64,000 nucleotides of DNA. Origin: Lama guanicoe (taxonomy: Eukaryota). Under the pieces are notes generated by a model. That model saw only the letters and a program-made list of their open reading frames with translations. It was not told the DNA's origin and made no database searches. Location: assembly GCA_013239625.1 (NCBI GenBank), contig MU057344.1, positions 1,552,276-1,616,275 on the forward strand, read 5' to 3'. Position numbers and translations under genes: made by a program. Below, in pieces: positions 1 to 9,817 of the stretch. How positions within the stretch are numbered: the stretch's first letter is position 1; every line of letters begins with the position of its first letter.

Positions 1-641
1 GTCCTGCTCCCATGAGTCTCATCCTCATGACCCCAGCAGGCCCCTGTCCTCACCCGCCGTGAGGTCCCTGGGGACTCCAGGAGCCCTCCCCGGGGCCCAG
101 CCGTCCTTCCCGAGCTGCCCTGGTGTTGGGGCAAATTTCACAGTCCACCCAGGAACCTGGGACTTGTCCCCGTCCTCTCACTTCCAAGGCTGCAGATGCA
201 AACCGCAAGGCTTCTGGCACGAATGCTTCCCCTGTGGAAGGCGGGCACCTCCTTCCCTCCCTGCATGAGCGCAGAACGGGTCAGCATGTGCTCGGGCCGC
301 GGCCTGCGGCCTCGGGGGCCCAGGGAGAGCTGTGCTGCTCCTGGGGTCAGCATGTGCTCGGGCCGCGGCCTGCGGCCTCGGGGGCCCAGGGAGAGCTCTC
401 TGTGTTGCTCCCGGGGCACCTGCTGGGATTGGGACCGTCCCTGGGGAGCCCCGAGCAGGGAGTGAGGGCTGCTGGGCCCAGACGGAGTAGAAGCCGTGTC
501 CCCGGGGCAGAGGTGGCAGCCGGGTGGCCTCTGGGTCTCTGGAGCCCCAGGTTCTGTTCTGACCTACGTCCCCGGTGGTCCCCGAGCCTCGAGTGCCGGG
601 GAGCCGGGCCCCAGAGCCTGACGCTGCCTTCTTTCCCCCAG
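1..641 (+). other. PRDM16: PRDM16 intron 1, 3' end
   Basis: Ends in a polypyrimidine tract and the AG acceptor of exon 2. Confidence 0.9.
278..415. repeat. Two-copy tandem repeat, period 66 bp
   Basis: The 54-bp sequence gggtcagcatgtgctcgggccgcggcctgcggcctcgggggcccagggagagct is identical at 278-331 and 344-397, with similar tails. Confidence 0.95.
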
Positions 642-991
642 GTGACGGCGACCTTGTAAATAACATGTATGGGCCGGACCCTGACCTGCTGGCCGGCGAG
701 AGCGCGGAGGACGAGACGGAGGACAGCGTCATGTCCCCCATCCCCATGGGGCCGCCGTCCCCCTTCCCCACCAGCGAGGACTTCACCCCCAAGGAAGGCT
801 CGCCGTACGAGGCCCCCGTCTACATCCCCGAGGACATCCCCATCCCACCGGACTTCGAGCTCCGTGAGTCCTCCATCCCGGGGGCCGGCCTGGGGGTCTG
901 GGCCAAGAAGAAGATGGAAGTCGGGGAGCGGTTCGGCCCTTACGTGGTGGCGCCCCGGGCCCCGCTGAAGGAGGCAGACTTCGGATGGGAG
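642..991 (+). CDS. PRDM16: PRDM16 coding exon 2 (acidic/Pro-rich N-terminus and first half of the PR/SET domain)
   Basis: Translates to DGDLVNNMYGPDPDLLAGESAEDETEDSVMSPIPMGPPSPFPTSEDFTPKEGSPYEAPVYIPEDIPIPPDFELRESSIPGAGLGVWAKKKMEVGERFGPYVVAPRAPLKEADFGWE, which matches mammalian PRDM16 residues ~14-129. Acceptor is ccttctttccccCAG (AG 640-641), donor is GAG|gtgagc (992). The 350-nt length and phase 1/0 fit the known exon 2. Confidence 0.98.
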
Positions 992-2989
992 GTGAGCACC
1001 GCTGCGGGCGCGTGATTGACCGCGGCCACTTATCTTGTGTCCCATCTATTTATAAACCCGGGCTACGCAGCACCACCCGAGGCAGGAGGCTGGTCGGAGA
1101 GAGCGTTCGCATGTCACATTTCCCAGGCTCGCTTCGTCCTGCAGCTTGCAGGACGCGGCCCTGAGAACACCAGGGGCCTGGCGACGCCTGGCAGCCCCCG
1201 GGGCTGCACCCGCCCTCTTCCCGGAAATGTGTCTTTAATGAGCTCATGTCTTAAAACACCCCGTGCTTCCCGTCTGGATCTTAGGTGCTAGGGCTGCAGT
1301 CTCGGCAGAACCCTGAAGACTGATGGGCTGTCCCAGGACAGGAGTCTCGAATCCAGGGAGAGCTCCTCAGATGGGAGCCCAGCTCCTGGCAGGAGCAGCC
1401 GCTCAGGGGCAGCTCGTGAAGCATGCCCGGTGGCCTCACTGCTGCCACGTGCCCAGTGCGCGTCCAGGCCGAGGGCCTCCTACCCAGCGTCCCCAGGTCC
1501 CCCAGTTCCGTCACAGGACCCCTCACCTCTCAGATTAGTGGGGGCGAAGAGGGGAGTCTTTTGGTTTCAGTTTCCCTGACGATCTGGGCCTGGCTCAAGC
1601 ATCCTGGGGCCCACATGTGGTCAGGAGAGGGGCGGTCAGTTAGGTGGGTGGGAGCCGGCCTCCCCCAAGGTGGCCCTCCCTCTGGAGGCGTCCTGCTCCG
1701 GCCACGAGGGTCACTGGGCCCCAGTTTGGGGGACTTTCAAGGGGGTCTCATGAGGACCATGGGCCCCACACAAGTGGTCCTGGCCTTTCTGCCCTCCCCA
1801 TGTAGCCAGTGTTCGGTGGTATTTCTGGCCAGGACGCTGCCTGGATGGAAAATGCAAACACAAAGCCAGATTCCTTCTGGGTGTTTCACAGCTTCCAAAA
1901 GTGCTTGGATGGGGGTCAGCTCCAGGAAGGGGCGAGCTGTCCACAGAGGGAAGAGGACCCTGTGCGGCCGGCAGCCGTGCCCCCTACAGGCGGACTAGGG
2001 CAGCGAGGGTCAGGGCAACCAACTTGGTGGCTTTGGAGGAGTTCTCAAACTGGGTGTACTTCTGCGCTCTGCGTACAGAGAGGGGTGAACTTGGGTCTGT
2101 CTTTGCCATCTCAAGAGTCTGCGGTTTTGCACTGCTCCCTAGAGACGTGGGGTGCACAGTGCATGGCCTCTTCCCTGCCCCCGGGAGGCTCCTGGCCCCC
2201 CGCAGCCCTGAGCGTCTCCCCCGGGCCCATCTGCTTTTGAAACCCCTTGTAAGGATCTCAAGAAGGCTGGCTGGGTCGGTGCGCGTGCTGGTGGTGGTGG
2301 AGGCAGATCCGAGAGCCCTGCTCCCTGCACAAGGACACAAGTGTGTCCCCTCCAGCAGGCAGGTGGGGTGTGGTTCATGGTAACACATGGCGTGTGCACA
2401 CAGGGGACACAGAACCCCCTCCCCAGGTGCCAGCTGACAGCCCAAGCTCTCCAAAGGGCTCTGAAGGTTTAGAGCAGAGGCTGGGGGGGTGGGTTGACCA
2501 GATGGACAAAGGAACAGGCCTGCCAATATCCCCACTCAAATTGATGGAGGCCACAGCTTGAAAGCTGGACTGTGTGAGTCTGTCGTCCCCGGGCAGCCGA
2601 CTCAGCGCGAGCCTCTCAAGGTTGGGTCCCCTGCAGACTGGGCGGGCCAGGTGGGGGAGGGGCCGGGGAGGGGGTTGGGCGATGCGGGCCGCCCGGAGCA
2701 CGGCGCGCGCTCTCGAGACCCACAGGGTCGCCCTCCCGGGGAAGGAGAGCGTTTTCGGACACCCTGCCAGGGGAGTGGTTCGGGCTGTGTGACGCTTTCT
2801 GCACGGGGCCTGTCCCGTGCTCCCGGTCCGGCTGGCCCGGAGGAAAGTAAGGGTGTTGGTGCTGCGCACTCAGGGAGGCCTGGACTGTTTAGCTAGGAGG
2901 GGCTTCAGACGTTGGCGGGTCAAGGACCCCCAGGTAGCCCCGTGGGTGACCTTGAGGCAGCCTGGCTCTGGTCTCCTCTGCTGCGGCCC

Positions 2990-3420
2990 GTTTGCTCTAT
3001 TTTCACAGAAACGGCCGTATCAGCGCCGCCTTGGGTGCCGGGCCTGGTACAGGCCGTGGCTGTTATCTGCCCGGCGCCTGTTGGCTTTGTGATACTGCTT
3101 CTCGCCCGTGTACGTGCGGGAGCGCGCCCCTCCTCGGCGCCCCCCGCCCCTGCAGTGGCTTTGTTCCTCGCCCGGGTCCGGCCGCCGCCTCTCTGCCGGC
3201 GCTCGGGGGTGTTTGCCTCCGTCCCGCGTGTCCCCCCGGCCTGCTCCAGACGCACTGGCCTTGTCTGTCTGACCCCGTGTTCTTGGCGAGTTCGGGCGCC
3301 GCCCGCCCGCTCCGGGACCACCGCTGGGCCTCGCGGCCTCCCGTGTCGCCCAGCGCGGTCGGGGCAGCTGTTCGTGGTCGAGCACCGAGCGCAGAATCGG
3401 GCAGGAAGGAGGGGGAGGAG
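2990..3420. promoter_or_regulatory. Intronic CpG island / candidate internal promoter or enhancer
   Basis: CpG is clearly denser than in the flanks. GC boxes (cccccgcccc ~3141, gcccgcccgc ~3301) and repeated GGCTTTGT SOX/TCF-like words are present. Confidence 0.6.
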
Positions 3421-6400
3421 GAAGCAGGCACCCCGAAAGTTCAGGGTGAACCCACTTTTGCTGGAAATGAATCATAAGGTGTAAGTGGTTTCTTTCTAGC
3501 TCCCGGACATTGGTCTGGGCCTCAGGTGGAAACATCTTCCCTGCTGAGCAGCCTTGCTCGCGTCCTGAGACAGACAACGTCTGTCTGGCTTTGTTGCGGT
3601 GCCTGCCAAGCAGCTGCTGTGGTCCCTGCCTTCGCCTGCAAACAGGGCCCGAGGTTAGGAGGGAAAACTCCAGCTCCGGAACCCGGGCCTTCCCGGGCTT
3701 CCTGACCGCGCCAGGCGTCCCTCGTGCTCCGGCTGAGATGCTGCCCCAGGCCTGCGGTCAGCTCGGCCCAAAGCAGGCCCTGGGACAAGGGAAATGTCAG
3801 GGCTCCAGGATCACAGCGGGGGAACCGGGGCCGCCCAGGGACGTCAGAGTCGGCTCCCAGGGAGGGTGCATGGAGGAGCGTCCTCTCACGGCGGTTGTGA
3901 CCTTTGTGTGTGAGACCGCTCACGCTCACGCTGCTGATTCCGTTCTGTAAGCCGGGGTGCTGTGATCTTACTACAGTTCACACGCGCTCACTTACTGGAG
4001 AAGAACAGGGAGTGACATTCTAGCACAGACGACACACAGACTCCGAGAAGGGTCCCGCACGGTTTGGACCCCCCGAGGGTGGGGGGGTGGCGGAGTGGCT
4101 CCGTGGCCGGCCGGGCTCAGGAGCGTGGTTGCCCCCGTGGGGTCTGGTCTGCGAGTCAAGCAGGAGAGGGGGACCCGGGGAGAGCCCCTCGCAGACACAG
4201 GACGGGCGCCCCTCTGGGGATGGGCTCAAAATCAAAGCAAACCAATCATTCCCCCTGCATTCTGAGACGCCAAGGGCGCAGCTTTCTGCTTGGAAATCCT
4301 GTGCCGGAACATTCCGGCAAATTAACACTGAAGGGCCCCACCTGCTCTTCTCAGTTTGTGGTGGGCAGAGTGCCTGGCCTGCACGCGGTTTCTGGTGACT
4401 CCACAACTCTGGCAAAATCACGTCTGTCCCCTGCTGGGTGACCTACGACCCTCAGGGCCAAGGGGGCAGTAGCATCTCTCTCTCATGTAGGAATTTCACT
4501 TCAGCAAAATGGGGAGGTCCTCCTCCCACTGTCACCCGCCGCTCCCCTCCCCGCGTGCGCGTCGGGAACGTTCAGTGACTCTAACCGCCCCCTCCTGGTG
4601 CTTCGGGACACGCCAGGAAGTGCCTCCCTGTCGTTATGGAGGAAAGCACACCTGTGTCAGGTGTGTCCCCCCAAACCTGGGCCTGCCGGCTGTCTCCTTG
4701 GGGACAGATGGAGCTTGAGGTGCGAGGAGACGGCCCCTGGGCTTCCTCTCGGAGGGCGGTGGTCTGTCCGCCTGCCAGGGACCACCCTCCAGCTCCCGCC
4801 CCCTCCACCCAGACCCCGCTGCCCGCTGACACAGCCACCGCTCACCCTGCCCAGAATGAATCTCCCCATAATTGCGTTTTATTGCCCTGGGGTCTGAAGA
4901 ACAATGATTTTGATCATTTGCTGAGTAAATCATGACATCTCTCGTGGTGCTGTTTATTTGGCTAATTAAGAGACAGCCTCGAGGGGGACGGGCTGTGGAG
5001 CTGGCTCCTCGGAGGAGCCACCTGTCCCCAGGGCAGGTTCCACAGCGGTGCGCCCAGCCTGGGGCGCGCCCCGCAGGAGGCCCCCGCGGGAGGCGGCAGG
5101 AGCGATTTTTGCATGGACGTGCCCGTGTGCTGCCTGTTTCTTGGTTGGGCGCCTGTCTCCCCCAGAAAGTCAGCCTCTCTGGTGCCGAGAGCGTCGCCTA
5201 GCCTGGAACTGGCACTTAAGCATCATCTGTTGAAAAAAACGCATCTGCCTCTGCTTGAGACGCTGGTGGAAAACGTTAATGTGAATTGATGGGTTTTCAA
5301 TTATCTGAAGAATTTACTCGAGTGGATTACCTCATCCCCTTGGCTTTCGTTTCTGAATATTGACATACATGTTCGTTTGCTCAATCAACAAACAGGCCAG
5401 GGCCTGTGGGAAGCTCCGAGGTCACGGGGGAAACGGCCCCAAGGCCTCAGGTGGCCAGCGGTCCAGCGCTACAGTCACACAGCCCCCAGGCTGGCTCCTC
5501 CGGGGTCCCCAGGACAGCTTTAGCGAGGGCTGGGCCCCACTGGCCGCCCTGTGGACCCAGAGACACGGACTTGGGGGTGTTCCAGGCAAAAGCTGCTGCC
5601 CAGCCCTGCACGCTCAGATTCTGACGTCTCTGTAATTTTAAGACTGATTATCCAGGAGACCCGGCCTCGAAGAAGGGCCTGGGGGTGAGAGGAGTCAGGC
5701 CGCGTGTGCGCGCGGCCCCCCACGGGTAATTTTAGAGCAGTGATGCTCTGTTTCCCAAGGTGGGAGCCATTTAGCCTTAAAAGGAGGAGGAGCTTGGAGG
5801 CCTGTTTTTGGTCCAAAGTGGTGGGAGGACAATGATGCCCAGTGGAGTGTCTGGTTCCCGGGGACACAGGGTGCCAACACCCTGGGAGCTCGGCCTCTGA
5901 TGTCTCCAGGAGCGAATGTCGTGGGGCGCGGCTTCCAAAGGCTCGGTGGCACACGCACAAACACGCAGAGCCCAGAGCTGGCTTCTCCGAGGGCCCCGGA
6001 GGCGCTCCCGGGTCGAGGGCTGAGGCCACGGTCAGTGCAACGTGGGGTGGGGCAGATCCGCTCAGGGGCTCCCGGGGTGGGGCTGGCTTCTGCGCCGGGC
6101 ATCCTCCGCAGCCTGGCCGGGATTCACACCACCGTCTGGGCCTCCACCCCCACCTCGGATCTGGGTCTCCATGGGGCGCTGGCCTCCGTCCCCTGCCTCC
6201 TGCGTTCACCCGCTCACACTCTGGCCTCAAGGACCCCGTCCTCTTTCCTGTGAATTTACCATACGCCCAGGTGTTAATGCAGACGTGCCGTGTGGCTGTG
6301 TGAGCTGGTTCCCAGACACCCCCAGGGCTCCCGGCCTCCGAGGCCGTCCAGGTCTGAGCTCAGGCACAGGTGACTCCTGTTACAACCGAGCACCCATCTG

Positions 6401-8675
6401 CCTCCGGGACAGCATTCCGAGGCTCTTGGGAACACGCTTCAGCTCTCCGGTCCCTGCGGCGTGATGACCAAACGAGAAACCCTGTCAACCTGGAGACAGA
6501 CACACGTGCATGCCTTGTCACCATAAGGATCCTGAATGCATCTGGTGGCCCCGGAGGCATGGGCTTCCCAGCATCCTGCCCCCTGCAATGACCACAGAGG
6601 ACAAGGCCACCAGCACCACCACAGCCGGCTGGGCAGCGCCCTGGGATTCAGGAAGGAAGTGCTCATGCCCCGGGAGGAACACTGATAGTGGCCAGCAGCT
6701 GGTCTGGGCCCACGGGCACTTCATTTGCTGGCAGCCCCTGCAGAAGAAAGAGATTGTGTTCAGCCGGCAGGAGCCTCCTCTGCGCCCCCCAGCTGTCAGT
6801 GGCCACGGGATCCTGGGCACTGTCAGCCCCAGCCAGCCCTGGGGATGGACCCACGGCCCCAGGACATGGGGGAGGCCAGCTGGGCTCAGCAGGCCCTGCC
6901 GGTGCTCCAGGCGACCCCAAGAAGCGAGTTCACCCAGCCTGGAGGGAAGGTGAGCCCCTGACCCCTGAGAGTGTCCCTGCATTTGCAGAGAAAAATGTGA
7001 CAGCTGGTACCGGAAGGTCAGGACTGTCCTTCAGACTTCCCGGGTTTCCCTCTGCGAGCAGAGGTCCAGGTGTGAGGGTCACACCCATTGGAATCAGCTG
7101 GAGCATCAGAAATACAGGTGCCCAGACCCCGCCCTGGGGATGCCAGGCTTTGGCCAGATGGAAGGGCCAGCCATGTCTGTTTGCCCAGGACTGTCCTGGT
7201 TCTGAACCCCAAATCCCAGGAAACCTCCCTGGGCATCAGGTTTGTGAAAACACCCAGGGAATTAGAATGTGCGGTGGGGTCAGAACAGCCAATCCGGACG
7301 GAGAGAGGGGAGACTCCTTCCAGCCTCAGCTTCTGTGCCCAGGACCCTGGCAGGAGGAGCCCAGCGGGGACGGCGGGCGGAGCAGAGGTGGCCAAAGACC
7401 CCCACCCCCTCCCAGCACGCCCACTCCCCCGCGGGGCCCCAAGGTGCAGAGGGACACTTTGGGATGGGTCCCTGGGGACTTTCAGTGACTCAGCAGGCAT
7501 ACTACACTAGGGGTCGGCATGTCCCAGGGCCACCCCGGCGGCCCGTGTGCAGGTGGCCGTGCGCTGTGCCACGCGCACACACTTGCCCATGCTCTCTCTC
7601 CCACACGCGTCCCACTTGGGGAACCACACTTCGGCCTCCGCCCTGCGTCCTCACCCCAAGCCGGTGCTGCGTGTGCCCGGGCAGGGGGCACCTACTCAGT
7701 TTTATTTCCCTTTTAGCATCTTACCGTGTTTACTCTTGGAATTTCAGCAGCGGGACAGGCGCAGTGGCCGGGAGGCGGGCAGGGGGCCAGGGCCGGTCCC
7801 CGCTGTGCAGGCTGGGCCTGGGCCTCCTGCGGCCGTGAGGGCCTCACTCCCAGGGCTGGCCGCTCCCGCCCTCTCCCGGCACCGGGACACTGCGGCCAGC
7901 CGGCAGCCCCCCACCCCCAGGGGCCCCAGAGCCTCGGAGTCTGTCTCTGCTTTGCCCCCTCTGCCCGGCTGCCCAGCTCCAGCCGACACTGACCCTCCTC
8001 CGTCTGTGTTCTCTGGAGCTTTGTTTTAGGCCTAGACACGTTGCAGGCTTCTTCCCCCCACAATGATTTTCTGAGTGCGCTTAGGAGATACAACGTACAT
8101 TCAGAAAGCGTCCAGAATCGTAAGTTGCTGCTCCGTGCGTGTTCACACCTGTAAAATCAACAGCTGGACGGTGATGGGTGTGGGGGCCTCCTCCCAGGCG
8201 TCAAAAGGGGGTCTGGCTTCAGCGAGAGAAGCCGTCCTGCGGGAGCAGAGCCGAGCGGGAGGTGGCTGGGCCGCGCGGGCGCAGGGGGCTGGAGGCACAG
8301 AAACCTCGCGCCCTCACTTCCCCGGGACGTGCGGCAGCGCAGGCCCCTGCCGTCCCTCGCAAGCACCGCGACATCAGGCCCAGACGTTTTTAGACCAAGA
8401 ATGCCATGAAATCCTGCACTGTGTCAGGCCCAGCTCGGAGGCACGGGTATATAAGGAATTTTCGGGAAAAGGAGAGAGAATGACTAAGAGTGCCTCCTTG
8501 GCGCTCTGCTCCGTTTCCTTAAGGGGTAATAACCCAGCCACCGGCCGGCGAGGGGACTTTCTTTAAATAGAGCCTTCTGATTCACAAGCGAAAAAAGGGA
8601 ATAAATGTTTTCTTTTCATATTTAAGAGCCGTCCATGAATACCAGCTTCTTAAATGGCATTCTGCCGTCTGCATC

Positions 8676-8706
8676 TCACACACACACGCACACGCACACA
8701 CGCACG
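8676..8706. repeat. (CA)n imperfect microsatellite
   Basis: cacacacacacgcacacgcacacacgcac. Confidence 0.85.
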
Positions 8707-9691
8707 AGTGGCAGCCGGCCCGCCCTCGCCCTGGCACCGGGCGCCTGTGAACCGGAGCGGTGGGAGCAGCCTCCGTGGTCAGGAGGAAGTGCGCGCGAGG
8801 GGCGGGGGCAGGGCGGCTTCTCCTGGGGTGTCAGCTTGGCCTCCCCCGGAGGCCGCTCCCCAACCCCTCTTTGACTCTTTCTTCCCTAAGGAAGATGGGG
8901 TCACGGGCTGAGGGGCTGTAAGAGCGGCGCCTGGGTCCCTGGGCTGGGCAGGAGAGGCGAGGCCACTGCTCTGCGGCCCAAGAGTGCGGACGAGAGGGAG
9001 GTCTGGGCATTCAGTAGGCGCCTGCTGTGTGCGCACACTGGCCGTGCCAGGCTCTTCCTGCTCCGTGGTCCTCATTCTGTCTGTGAATAGACCCCGAGCC
9101 CCGGCCCACTGGGCGGCGACAGGGCCCGGCCCCAGCGCTCACCCCGGGGGTGGCTCTGCTGTTCTGTTCAGGACATAGGATTCTCCGGACCCCAGAGACG
9201 GCCGTCAGCCTCGCCAAAGTCAGGATTCTGAGACGGTCCCGCAGCGCCTGAGGCCTGGTCGGGGGTGACATGTGTTCAGGCAGGAACCACGTGGGTACCT
9301 GTCCCGGGGGGTCAACCTGTGAGGCGCAAAGTCCAGGACCCACCCACCCAGCCCCAGCCCACCCGCTGCCAAATCTAAACGGGACTCCTTGCCGCCGGCT
9401 CGCCTCGGGGCTGGTCCCAGGGAGCCGCAGTGCTCACGTGACTGTGCTGAGTGCGCGTCACCTTCACAACGCAGATCCCAGACCCCACCTTGCCCGCCGA
9501 TTAGAATTCCTGGGGGCGCCAGGAGTCTGCATGCTAGCTAGCAGTGGAAGGGAGGGCCCGGGAGGTCTCCATTCCCGGAAGGAAGCCCCAGGAAAGGGCT
9601 TTCTCTTGGAGTTCCCCCCCAGCCCCACCCCAGGAACCCAGAGAGACAGTTTCCTACAGGTGTGGCGACAGGTGGCAACAGAATCTTTCTT

Positions 9692-9817
9692 TTCCTCTCA
9701 TTTTGGAGGGGAGGTCATTAGGTTTGTTTATGTCTTTATTTAATGGAGGTACTGGGGATTGAACCCAGGACCTCGTGCATGCCAGGTATGCACCCCACCC
9801 CTGAGCTGTACCCACCT
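9692..9817 (-). mobile_element. tRNA-derived SINE, camelid Vic-1-like, with 11-bp TSD
   Basis: The minus strand reads GGTGGGTACAGCTCAGGGG (A-box-like) … GAGGTCCTGGGTTCAATCCCCAGTACCTCC (B box), then ATTAAATAAA…AAACCTAATGACCTCCCC and an A-rich tail. The direct repeat gaatctttctt lies at 9681-9691 and 9818-9828. Confidence 0.88.

Noticed and set aside
575-1015. 146-aa ORF as a complete gene
   Set aside because: Only 642-991 is exonic. The ends are intron sequence read through the splice sites.
7060-7260. Possible MER5-like fragments (also ~9440-9545) and a MER58-like end (~6690-6740)
   Set aside because: The similarity is too degraded to support by eye and needs RepeatMasker.
9745-9817. Possible tRNA gene (A and B boxes)
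   Set aside because: It has a degenerate A box, a SINE tail and a TSD, so it is a retroposed SINE.
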